Below are positions 24,819 through 36,529 of a DNA stretch of 64,000 nt, one piece after another; position 1 is the stretch's first letter; each line of letters starts with the position of its first letter. The DNA comes from Centroscyllium fabricii. Its lineage: Eukaryota. The stretch is taken from the NCBI GenBank assembly GCA_051313645.2, contig JBNRSN020000086.1, positions 1,922,001-1,986,000 on the forward strand, written 5' to 3'. The translations under genes were made by a program, and so were the position numbers. The notes below the pieces were generated by a model. It was not told the DNA's origin, did not search any database, and saw only the letters and a list, made by a program, of their open reading frames with translations.

Positions 24819-24989
24819 TCCAATGTTTCTCACTGCACCATCTTCGTTCCGTGTGCTCCCAGCATATTATTTGTTCTTGCTCCTCTTGGTTAGGTACACA
24901 CTGTGTCTCTCACTTTGTGCCTGTGTCCACCTGTCACTTTCTGTGCATGTAACATCATTATCCCAGCCACAGACTGTTTGCCCCCCCCC

Positions 24990-25330
24990 CCCCTGCCATC
25001 TGGGAGGCGCTACAGATTCATTCGAGCCCGCACGACCAGGCTCAGGAACAGCTTCTTCCCCAGGGCTGTTACCCAGCTGAACTCTGTCACTCACCACCAA
25101 CTCTGCCCACCATCGGCCCCCCTCCCCCCCACACACTGCACTATCCGCCCATTTGCTCCCCAGCCCTTGCTCATCTGCTCTTTGACTAGCTATTTGCACT
25201 CTTTATTTATTTATTTATAACTCTGTATGCTTTGTGACTTGATGACTGTTTACGCCGTGTCATGGGAGCTTGCGAGCTCACTTTTCGTTGCGCTGTGCTT
25301 GTGGACTGTGCAATGACAATAAAATTGACT
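24990..25330 (+). mobile_element. Rex1/Babar LINE 3' end
   Basis: LPSGRRYRFIRARTTRLRNSFFPRAV followed by a 3' UTR ending caatgacaataaa. Confidence 0.8.
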
Positions 25331-25359
25331 GTCTATGAGCACCTTTCTTTCTGTATGTG

Positions 25360-25800
25360 TTTGTGTGTCTATTCTGACACAGATTGTCCATCTGCTCTGT
25401 GTGTGTGTGTCTATTCTGACACGGATTATCTGTCTGCTCTGTGTATGTGTCTATTCTGACATGGATTGTCTGCTCTGTGTGTGTGTCTATTCTGACACGG
25501 ATTGTCTGCTCTGTGTGTGTGTGTCTATTCTGACACGGATTGTCTGTCTGCTGTGTGTGTGTCTATTCTGACACAGATTGTCTGCTCTGTGTGTGTGTCT
25601 ATTCTGACACGGATTGTCTGTCTGCTCTGTGTGTGTGTGTGTGTGTCTATTCTGACACGGAGTGTCTGTCTGCTCTGTGTGTGTGTCTATTCTGACACGG
25701 AGTGTCTGTCTGCTCAGTGTGTGTGTCTATTCTGACACGGATTGTCTGTCTGCTCTGTGTGTGTGTGTGTCTATTCTGACACGGATTGTCTGTCTGCTCG
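25360..25800. repeat. Compound minisatellite: tctattctgacacggattgtctg(tctg)ctc + variable (TG)n
   Basis: About 11 tandem units of roughly 35-48 bp. Confidence 0.9.
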
Positions 25801-26683
25801 GTCGGTGTGTGTGTGTGCTGCTATCTCTTTCACAGATTGTGTGTGCCTGCTCTTGCACAGATTATAAATCTGCTCTTTGTGTGTGCCGACTCTCGTTTCA
25901 GACAATGTGTGTCTTCCCTCCGATTGTAAATCTGCTCCCTCTCACTCACTCGGTTTATCTCTTCCTGTGTGCGTTTCTCTCTCTCTCTCTCTCTTGTCAG
26001 TCTCTGTCTCCCTCTTCCTGGCCACAGAAGGGAGTAAAAAGATTGGAAGGAGCATAAATCAAAAACGAAATTAATGGCACCACCTTTCTTTATAAATTGC
26101 TTGTGAAATTATATTCCACTTCAAAAAGGTAGCTTGCTTTGGACTGAACATTTTTTTCCTCTTCTAGTTAGTCAAGACAATTTTGCTGTACTGATGGGAT
26201 ATATATAACAAACAGCGTTTGTTTAAAAGCTGTGATTTAAAATTTATGGCAGAAGATTGACAGCATGAATGAAGAGGCTTGCTCTGTCGCTTTGAAGAGG
26301 AATGGAGAATCACGAGCCTGTTCCTGCTCTTGGAATCGTTTCAGAACAGTCAGAGCTTTCACTTCCAGCCTTTTATCAGGAGTCTCAGGAAATATTTTAA
26401 AAGTTAATAAATAGTGGCCCTGCTCTGATGTGCACTGCGAGCGGTTGCTATGGAGCAGAGTGTTGGAGGAGCCGAGGGAGATGTGCGGGCAGCAGTGATG
26501 TGGCAGATAAAAAGATTTCCAAGTGTGAAACCGGTGTGTGCGCTCCGCGGGAAACCAGGCTACTGCTTCGTAAATGTTCTCTTTGCTTTTGTGAAACATC
26601 ATCATCTTTGAGAAACACGTTGCTTTTCGATTCTTGCCCCCTTGCTAATCTGCAGTGGCCCGGTTAACGTGCGGTATTTGCTG

Positions 26684-26697
26684 GTTGCCAGGGTAAC
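26684..26697. promoter_or_regulatory. RFX X-box motif (candidate)
   Basis: GTTGCCAGGGTAAC matches GTNRCC-N0-3-RGYAAC. A weaker site GTTGCTATGGAGC lies at 26444. Both are in non-repetitive DNA. Confidence 0.4.
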
Positions 26698-26709
26698 TCG
26701 CGGTGTTGT

Positions 26710-27920
26710 CTGTAACCTCCTCCAGCCCTACAACCCTTTGCGCTCCTCCAATTATGGCCTCGAACGCATCCCCGATTTTCATCGCCCCCCATTGGCGGCC
26801 ATGCTTTCAGCTGGCTAGGCCCTAATCTCTGGAATTTGCTCCCTAAAGCTCTTCACCTCTCTCTCCTCCTTTAAGTTTCTCCTTAAAACCAATCTCCTTG
26901 ACCAAGCTTTTGGCGCTTCACAAACATAGAAACATAGAAACATAGAAAATAGGTGCAGGAGTAGACCATTCGGTCCTTCGAGCCTGCACTGCCATTTAAT
27001 GCGTTCATGGCTGAACATAAGAACATAAGAAATAGGAGCAGGAGTAGGCCAATCGGCCCCCCGAGCCCGCTCCGCCACCCAATAAGATCATGGCTGATCC
27101 TACCCTAACCTTCATACCACTATCACCCTTCATCCCACCCAAAGAACCATGTGATCTCCTGGGAGAGGCGAAAAACCGGATAAAAACCCAGGTCCAATTT
27201 GGGGGAAAAAATCCGGGAAATTCCTCTCCGACCCCAATCTAGGCGATCGAAACTTGTCCAGGAGATCACTCAGGTCTTACTATACTAACAATAGCTCAGG
27301 TCCACTTCCCTGCCCGCTCCCCGTAACCCCTAATTCCCTTGTCTGCTAAAAAACAGTCTATTTCCGTTTTAAATTTATTTAATGTTCCCGCTTCCACAGC
27401 TCCCTGAGGCAGCGAATTCCATAGATTAACCAAGAGTGTTATTAAACAAAAAATTGACACTGAGCCACATAAAGAGAAATTAGGGCAGATGACCATAAGC
27501 TTAGTCAAAAAGGTAGGTTTTAAGGAGCGTCTTACAGGAGGAAAGAGAGGCGGAGAGGTTTCGGCAGGGAATTCCAAAGATTAGGGCCCAGGCAACAGAA
27601 GGCACAGCCACCAAAGGTTGAGCGATTACAGTCAGGGATGCTCGAGGGCAGAATTAGAGGAGCGCGGGGGGGGGGGGGGGGGGGGGGGGGGTCTTGTGGG
27701 GCTGAAGGAGATTACAGAGATAGGGAGGGGCGAGAGGCCATGGAGAGATTTGAAAACAAGGATGAGAAATTTGAAATCGAGACGTTGCTTAACCGGGAGC
27801 CAATGTAGGTCAGCGAGCTCGGGCGATGGGTGAACGGGACTTGGTGCGAGTTAGGACACGGGCAGCCGAGTTTTGGATGACCTCAAGTTTACGTAGGGTA
27901 GGGCGTGGGAGGCCAGCCAG
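26710..27920. mobile_element. Cluster of L2 (+, 26710-26915), CR1 3' ends (-, 26920-27430) and L2 (-, 27430-27920)
   Basis: Matches to the L2 and CR1 3' sequences seen elsewhere in the window. Confidence 0.75.
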
Positions 27921-29147
27921 GACACACACATATACTATATACATATATATCTATATATATGCAGAGGTACACACACAAAATCAGCGGGGATCTTTCACCC
28001 ATGGGAAGGGGGAGAGGGAGGGGGAGCTTGTGCAGAGGCTGCTGTCCAAGGGAAGGGCGGATTGTTGGAATGCAAGGTGCTCTGTGTCGCTTGTGTGTAT
28101 TTCCCAGCGTCTGCTTCAATAGAGCGGGCCTAGAGTTGGCTGCTGGTGATATTACAGTAGTGGGCGCACTTTGACACGTAACACAATTACGTGTAGGTGA
28201 GCCTTAAGACAGCGGACGGAGAAAACTCATATAAATTAATTAGGCATTAATTTGCTAAGAGGCTTTCAAATTCACTGTCATCCCTCAGCTTTTGTTACTT
28301 GCCTCCTGTGTACTCCTGCCTGGGCTGGGGGAGGGCGAGAGGGGGCTGGCGAATAAATATTTCAACGGGTTAAAGTAATAAAGCAAACTCTTGCCTGAAT
28401 CAATCGTGAGCCCTTCCTGGAAAGCACAGAGGTTTACAGTGATCGTAAATAGGCTGGAATTTTTCTGGTAGACGATAATTAACCTTTGCTGCCGAGCGGT
28501 TGATGTTGCTGACGGGGACATTGGAAGCATCCTGTTGGAAATCAGACGCGTGCTTTTATTCGGCATTACATAAGAAAATGGCGCTGCTGTGTTATTGCTT
28601 GTTGCAAATTTCCCAAATGGAAAATATTAATTTTTAAGTAACACTCCGAAGACAGGCTCACAACCTAGGTTAGAGGTTTTTGTGAATGTGTTTTGGAGAC
28701 GGGTTGCCTTGACTTGATGTGCTGGGGACTGCGAGGAGGAGTGAGTTGTATTTATGGGGCGGGGGGCAGTTGGTGGTAGGATGCTTAGTCTTCCGACAGA
28801 TTCTGCGTGTGGGGGCAGGAGGAGTCATAGGAACAGCAGGAGGCCATTCAGACCCTCGCGCCTGTTCCGCCGTTCAGTTAGATCATGTCTAATCTGCTTT
28901 TTAGCTCCATTTGCTTGCCTTTGTTCCATATCCCTTGATACGCTTACCTAGCAAAAATCTATCATTCTCAGTTAATTACCCCGGCATCCACAGCCTTTTA
29001 TGAGAGCGAGTTCCAGATTTGCACTACTCTTTGGGTGAAAGATCCCAGCTGTTTTATTGTGTGTGTGTATATGTCTAATATGTGTCTATATTTTATGTGT
29101 ACATCATGTATATGTATATATACATAATATGTATCATATATGTATAT

Positions 29148-29452
29148 CCATCATCTTGAATGGAAGCAGAGAAACTCTGGGCTGACTGCTGTGAGCTTCG
29201 AGTGAAGTTGTTGCATTTGGATAAATACTGCTACATCTTTTTGGCATTCTTTACATATGGCTTTGTACAATGTTTGCATTGTACAAAGCCGGGGATAGGG
29301 TGGGATATGTGTCGGTGCAGGCTCGATAGGGATATAGGGAGAGGGCAGGGGCGGGGTACTGGGTTTGGATGATCAGCCATGATCTCATCGAATGGCGGAA
29401 CAGGCTCGAAGGGCCGAATGGCCTACTCCTGCTCCTAGTTTCTATGTTTCTA
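29148..29452 (+). mobile_element. Chimeric insertion: 130-bp hAT transposase fragment + 3' half of an HE1 SINE
   Basis: 29148-29278 is nearly identical to 12478-12610. It is followed by an 11-nt inverted copy and then the SINE body and tail. Confidence 0.8.
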
Positions 29453-29484
29453 TATATATGATATGTATAATTGCATTATGGTGT

Positions 29485-29942
29485 GTCGGCTGTGGCTCAG
29501 TTGGTAGTGCTCTTGCCTCTGAGTCAGAAGGTTGTCGGTTCAAGTCCCACGGCAGAGATTTAAGTACAAAAATTCAGGCCGGCACACTCGTGCAGTACTG
29601 AGGGAGTGCTGCACTGTCAGAGATGCCAACTTTCGGATGCGATGTTAAACCAAGGCCCCGTCTGCTCTCAGGTGGATGTAAAAGAACCCGTGGCACTATT
29701 TTGAAGAAGAGCAGGGGAGTTCTCCCCGTTGTCCTGACCAATATTTATCCCTCAATCAACACAACAAAAACAGATTATCTGGTCATGTATCACATTGCTG
29801 TTAGTGGGAGCTTGCTGTGCGAAAATTGGCTGTCGTGTTTCCCACATTACAACAGTGACTACACATCAAAAGTACTTCATTGGCTGTAAAGTGCTTTGGA
29901 CCGTCCTGAGGTCGTGAAAGGTGCTATAGAAATGCAAGTCTT
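29485..29942 (+). mobile_element. SacSINE1-like DeuSINE, full length
   Basis: A box gtggctcagttgg, B box ggttcaagtccc, Deu domain, tail aaatgcaagtctt. Confidence 0.85.
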
Positions 29943-30335
29943 CAAAATCTTGCTATATTATATGTACATACATTACATGAATATATTGTGTGTGTGTTCA
30001 GGGTGGTTAATCAATGCCCAGGCTTGAAGGGGTGTAGGGAGATGCGTTCTCTCTTGAGTTGTGTGTGCATTTAGTTGAACGCTATGAGGTTAGGGTAACT
30101 GACAGGGTTAACTATGCCTGGGAAAGTATGCCACAGGCCACAATTCTCACAAACAGAAGAGATTTACTGGCCATCTGCCGCTCCCTTCTATCATGTCATT
30201 GAGACGGAGGTGAGGGACTCCTTGTCCTGTGATGGTGGTGCGGTGGGGATGACTTTCAACAGGTAGTCTGTAGCAGTTCCATCTCGCTCCACCAGTTGGT
30301 TTGTGACAAAAAGAGAGGCGGGTTATCCCAGGCTA

Positions 30336-31530
30336 CCCTCAGTACTGCCCCTCCGACAGTGCAGCACTCCCTCAGTACTGCCCCTCCGACAGTGCAGCAC
30401 TCCCTCAGTACTGCCCCTCCGACAGTGCAGCGCTCCTTCAGTACTGCCCCTGCAACAGTGCAGCGCTCCCTCAGTACTGCCCATCCAACAGTGCAGCACT
30501 CCCTCAGTACTGCCCCACCGACAGTGCAGCGCTCCTTCAGTACTGCCCCTGCAACAGTGCAGCGCTCCCTCAGTACTGCCCCTCCGACAGTGCAGTGCAC
30601 TCTCAGTACTGCCCCTCCGACAGCGCAGTGCACTCTCAGTACTGCCCCTCCGACAGTGCAGCACTCCCTCTGCGCTGCCCCACCGACAGCGCAGCGCTCC
30701 CTCAGTACTGCCCGTCCGACCGTGCAGCACTCCCTCATTGCTGCCCCTCCGACAGTGCAGCACTCCTTCAGTACTGCCCCACCGACAGTGCAGCGCTCCT
30801 TCAGTACTGCCCCTCCGACAGTGCAGCGCACCCTCAGTACCGCCCCTCCGACAGTGCAGTGCACTCTCAGTACTGCCCCTCCGACAGTGCAGCACTCCCT
30901 CATTGCTGCCCCTCCGACAGTGCAGCACTCCTTCAGTACTGCCCCTCCGACAGTGCAGCGCACCCTCAGTACCGCCCCTCCGACAGTGCAGCGCACTCTC
31001 AGTACTGCCCCTCCGACAGTGCAGCGCTCCTTCAGTACTGCCCCTCCGACAGTGCAGTGCACCCTCAGTACTGCCCCTCCGACAGTGCAGCGCACTCTCA
31101 GTACTGCCCCTCCGACAGTGCAGCGCTCCCTCAGTACTGCCCCTCCGACAGTGCAGCGCTCCCTCAGTACTGCCCCTCCGACAGTGCAGCACTCCCTCAG
31201 TACTGCCCCTCCGACAGTGCAGCACTCCCTCAGTACTGCCCCTCCGACAGTGCAGCACTCCCTCAGTACTGCCCCTCCGACAGTGCAGCACTCCCTCAGC
31301 ACTGCCCCTCCGACAGTGCAGCACTCCCTCAGTACTGCCCCTCCGACAGTGCAGCACTCCCTCAGTACTGCCCCTCCGACAGTGCAGCGCTCCCTCAGTA
31401 CTGCCCCTCCGACAGTGCAGCACTCCCTCAGTACTGCCCCTCCGACAATGCAGCACTCCCTCAGTACTGCCCCTCCGACAATGCAGCACTCCCTCAGCAC
31501 TGCCCCTCCGACAGTGCAGCGCTCCTTCAG
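30336..31530. repeat. 33-bp minisatellite (about 36 units) amplified from a DeuSINE segment
   Basis: Unit cagtactgcccctccgacagtgcagcactccct. It runs directly into a minus-strand DeuSINE tRNA head at 31530-31650. Confidence 0.95.
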
Positions 31531-31724
31531 TCCTGTACTGGGAGTGTCAGCCTAGAGTTTTGTGTTCAAGTCTCTGGAATGCGACTTGAACCCACAACCT
31601 TCTAACTCAGAGGCGGGGATGCTACCAACTGAGCCACCAGCTGACACACTATAGCGGAAAAGGACCTGAACATAGGTTTCACTATACTTATATTTCATTG
31701 TACACGGATTTCACTGTACATAAT

Positions 31725-32170
31725 AACTTGCATTTATATAGCACCTTTAACATAGTAAAATGTCCCAAGGCGCGTCACAGGACGTAATCAGACAGAATTT
31801 GACGCCAAGCCACGTGAAATATTAGGACAGGTGTCCAAAAGCTCGGTCAAAGAGGTAGTTTTTAAGGAACATCTTAAAGGAAGGGAGAGAGGCGGAGAGG
31901 TTTAGGGAGGATTATCCAGAGCTTAGGGCCGAAGCAGCTGAAGGCACGGCTGCCAATGGTGGAGCGATGGAATTCGGAGGGGTGTAGGGCTTGAGGGGGT
32001 TACAGAGATAGGAAGGAGCGAGACCATGGAGAGATTTGAAAACAAGGATGAGAACTTTAAATTTGAAACGTTGCCAGACTGTAGGTCAGCGAGCACAGGG
32101 GTGCTGGGTGAACAGGACTTGGTGCGAGTTAGGACACGGGCAGCAAAGTTTTGGATGAGCTCAAATTTAT
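31725..32170 (-). mobile_element. L2 LINE 3' fragment
   Basis: Homologous to 45081-45600. It interrupts a degenerate (g/a)tttcactgtaca repeat. Confidence 0.75.
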
Positions 32171-32827
32171 GGAAGGCGGAACATTGAACACAGGAGCTGG
32201 TTTCTGTGCACAGATTTCACTAGTACACATATTTTTTCATACACAGGAGCGGATTTTACTTTACATGGACCGGTTTCACTGTACATCAATTTCATATACA
32301 TAGCAGATTTCACTGCACTGTATACAGGGACAGGTTTCACTGCACTGTTCACAGGGACAGGTTTCACTGTACACAGATTTATTCAGGTTGGCATGCCTTC
32401 AAATAATCAATCTTTGTTGGTTTCCTGCCAGTCACATGGCAGCCCAGGGTCACTGAAGTTCAAGGTCAGCAGCAAATATGGTCAACTGACTAACAAACGA
32501 CACTGAGATGGCGGTCAGCTCCCAGCAGGAGTGGACGACTCACTCATCTACAGTGACAGGCCTGGCATCATTTCATAATGTGCCTGGTTTCAACTACACA
32601 AACAAAGCTATGCAGATTAGTAAGATTGGATATTAACATAAGTATGAGATAATGCGGCTATGAAGAGGTATCAGGTAGTTAAATTACACTGACAGCAGTG
32701 AGTCAGAGTCCAGGATTCTAATTGGCTGAAATACTGGGTTAAAATGCAGTGTGTTATATGCAAGAGCATCACGATGTGTAATACACAGGAGGGCCACAGA
32801 GTGTAATATACACAGGAGGGTCACAGT

Positions 32828-32990
32828 CAATGTTCCCCCTAATTTTTTTTTGGTTGCACGGTCCTTTTAAGGGGCTGCGCGGCCCACTCAAAATTTCACG
32901 CATGCGCGAAATCGCCCATCCAAAAGTTGGTACGTTGCCGGCGCAGGATCTCCAGAGGGCTGTGCGGCCACGCAGCTTAGCGGGAACTTG
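32828..32990 (+). mobile_element. 163-bp hAT-type MITE
   Basis: Perfect 8-bp TSD gtcacagt. TIR caatgttccccctaa / ttagcgggaacttg. A related copy lies at 34096-34243. Confidence 0.85.
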
Positions 32991-34557
32991 GTCACAGTGT
33001 GTATTACGGACAGCGAGTCATATTGGTAAAAGCAGCCGCCTGTGCAATCTTCCAAATGTTTGCAGCTCCTTTCCTTGGCACTGTATTCGATCATGCCCCA
33101 ATCCCATTTTGACCATAACTCTCTTATTTGACCTTGACCCTCTCGCTCACATCTTCTGACAAATCAACCTGTATCCGTTGAGGCATATTTGAAGTTCAGG
33201 AGACAAGGAAACAGAAATGTTTATGTGAATGGCTTGGTATGGACACGTGGGCTGAGCCTGAGAGAGTTGGTACTGAGGTGGCCACTGATGACTGTGTTAC
33301 GAGTGTCGTTGTCAGGAATCAGCAGGCACTTCAGAGAAGCTGTTGAATTTTATGTTTGCTGGTTTTAGATTAGGACATTCAGGCGAGCCTTAGCATCATA
33401 GAAAACATTCGGTCCATTGAGCCTTTGCTAGCCCTTCAACAGAAGCTGCCTGGTCTAATCCCATTTACCTACCTTTGCCCCGTATCCTTTTGAAATGCAT
33501 ATCCAATTCCCTTTTAAGCGTTGTTATAATCTCTGCCTTGATATCCACTTGTGACAAAGCATTGCCTGCATGAACCTTCCTTCTGACTTCCCCCTTCGTT
33601 CTCCTGATGATAATCTCCGCGGTGGAGCCCTCCACCCTCCATGTCACCCAGAACTGAAGGGAGCTGGGCTCTTTGAAGGCTTGCTGTGTCAAATGAGTGT
33701 GCCACTTCCATGGGTAGCTGCAGGGAAGCGGAGAGAGAGGCTGTAAGTCCTACGTGGCGAGGGCAGGTTTTCATTGCCGTGTAAATTGTATTTCGTATAA
33801 AACCCTCCTGATTTAATATAATTTAATCGAGTTACTGCGTTGCCAAATCCCAGTGTAGCCTCTCCGATAGTACCTGTAGTGACAGCTTAACTCCGGTGCT
33901 AAGGCTATGTTTATGATTTATATTCAACCTTTACAGCCTGCCTGCTGTGACTGACTGGCAAATGAGCAGGTTTGCTTTCACAGTACATTCAATCCTCTGC
34001 TCCTGTAGACCTTGCCTACCTTTCCCGCTGTTTTTCTCCCTCTCTGGAAGATGCTGACTTTATCGTGGCTGGGTCAAAATCCGGGAACTCCCTGCCAATG
34101 TTTGGCCCACACGGCCCCTTTAATGGGATGCACGGGCCATTCAAAATTCCGCGCACGCGCGGTTTTTCTGTTTAAAAGCCGGCTCACCGGCTGCGTGGGA
34201 CCGTCAGAGCACTGCGTGGGCGCGCAACTTAAAGGGAAGATTGCTCCCCCCGTAGCAGCACTGTGGGAGTACCTTCACCGCACGGGACTGCGGCGGTTCG
34301 AGAAGAAGGGCCACCACCACCTTCTCAAGGTCAACTAGGGATGGGCATTAAATGCCGGCCTTGCCAGTGACGGCCACATCCTGAGAATGAACAACCGAAG
34401 GGGGAATGGGCTGGGAGATCTGGGCAGCGCAACCTGGTCCAAGTGACCAGTCTCTTCGTGGAAGTCTCATTTTCCCCTCACCCCCCTCTCCCCAAAGCCC
34501 ACTGTGGCATCTCAGCTGTTGTCCTGGGTGACATCAGCCAACTTGGGGTTTGAACCT

Positions 34558-35425
34558 AGAACATAAGAACATAAGAAATAGGAGCAGGAGTCGGCCAATC
34601 GGCCCCTCGAGCCTGCTCTGCCATTTAACAAGATCATGGCTGATCTGATCCTAACCTCAATTTTATTTTTACTCTCCACCCCGCCCAGACCCATGTGATC
34701 ACCTGGGAGAGGCGAAAAACCAGATTAAAAAAACCAGTAGCCAATTTGGGAGAAAAAAATCAGGAAAATTCCTCTCCGACCCATCTAGGCGATCGAAAAC
34801 TGGTCCAGGAGATCACATGGCCGATCTGAACCTAGCCTCACGTCCACTTACCTGCCCGCTCACCATAACCCCTAATTCCCTTTAATTCCAGGAAACTGTC
34901 TATCTCAGTTTTAAATTTATTCAACGTAGTAGCTTCCACAGCTCTCTGGGGCAGCAAATTCCACAGCCCCACCACCCTCTGAGTGAAGAAGTTCCCCCTC
35001 ATCTCAGTTTTGAAATGGCAGCCCCTTATTTTAAGATTATGCCCCCTAGTCCTAGTCTCACCCACCATTGGGAACATCCTCACCGCATCCACCCGATGAA
35101 GCCCTCTCACAATCTTATATGTTTCAATAAGATCGCCTCTCATTCTTCTGAACTCCAATGAGTAGAGGCCCAATCTACTCAGCCTCTCGTCATATGTTAG
35201 CCCCCTCATCCCCGGAATTAATCTAGTGAACCTTCTTTGCACTGCCTCGAGAGCAAGTATGTCCTTTCTTAAATAGGGATACCAGAACTGCACGCAGTAT
35301 TCCAGGTGTGGTCTCACCAATACCCTGTACAACTGCAGCAAGACCTCCCTGCTTTTATATTCCATCCCCTTAGCAATAAAAGCCAACATTCCATTGGCCT
35401 TCATGACCACCTGCTGCACCTGCAT
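34558..35425 (-). mobile_element. CR1 LINE 3' portion
   Basis: 195-aa ORF (LVRPHLEYCVQFW...RGDLIETYKI), 3' UTR and (atgttctt) tail. Confidence 0.9.
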
Positions 35426-35900
35426 GTGTCCTTATTTTTTAAAGTGGAGGTTAATATCGGATCCGAGATCGGGTGAAATCTGATCTTTTTTCCCCCTCAG
35501 TATCAATTGGCTGACTCGCCTGTGACAGATCGGTGCCAGCGACAATCCACATTAGCGCACCCCAAATTCGTGGCTCAGTGGGACGCCCTCTCGCCTCCGA
35601 GTCAGAAGGTCATGGGTTATGGAATGCTTCGCCACAAGGTACACGCCCTGCCTGACATCATCCTGTTTGTGTAACCGATCATGTGCTATCATTGGAAATG
35701 ATGTGGCACGTGGCACTATAACCTCATAGAATCATACAGCATAGAAGGAGACCATTCGGCCCATCGTGCCTGTTCTTTGAAAGAGCTCTCCAATTAGACC
35801 CACTCCCAATGCTCATTCCTCACAGGCCGGCAAACTTTTCCTTTTCAAGTATTTATCCAATTCTCTTTTGAAGGCTGCTGTTGAATCTGCTTCCGCCGCC

Positions 35901-36166
35901 NNNNNNNNNNNNNNNNNNNNNNNNNNNNNNNNNNNNNNNNNNNNNNNNNNNNNNNNNNNNNNNNNNNNNNNNNNNNNNNNNNNNNNNNNNNNNNNNNNNN
36001 NNNNNNNNNNNNNNNNNNNNNNNNNNNNNNNNNNNNNNNNNNNNNNNNNNNNNNNNNNNNNNNNNNNNNNNNNNNNNNNNNNNNNNNNNNNNNNNNNNNN
36101 NNNNNNNNNNNNNNNNNNNNNNNNNNNNNNNNNNNNNNNNNNNNNNNNNNNNNNNNNNNNNNNNNN
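35901..36166. other. Assembly gap
   Basis: Run of N. Confidence 1.
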
Positions 36167-36529
36167 ACACAAGTAAGACAAATATAGATACAAAATAATA
36201 AACAAATAAGCAACACGAGTACAATTAACAGTTCAATAGGCGCACTGCCTGTGGGTAGTTTGTGAACAGTTGGTGATTGAGGTCATTCAAAAATAAACAA
36301 CAGCAATGGTCAAGCAGCGACAGTGAGGCAGGTAAGTCCAGGGGCGAGGCCCCAAATGGCGGCAGCAACGGCGGAAGACGAGGCGGCCAAGCAACGATGG
36401 TGAGGCAGGTAGGTCAGAGGCGAGGCAGCCAGGCGCCCAAAGCGGCGGCAATTTCAAAAATAGACCTCGACAACGGGAGACGAGGCGGCCAAGCAGCGAA
36501 GGTGAGGCAGGTAGGAACACAAGAACTTG

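Noticed and set aside
25360-25800. CRISPR-like constant repeat with variable spacers (also considered for the 26- and 31-bp arrays)
   Set aside because: Spacers are only (TG)n length variants or absent, the context is eukaryotic, and there are no cas genes.
30256-31605. Five overlapping 336-428 aa ORFs
   Set aside because: Artefacts of a stop-free 33-bp minisatellite.
35813-36224. ORFs spanning the N run
   Set aside because: Gap artefacts.
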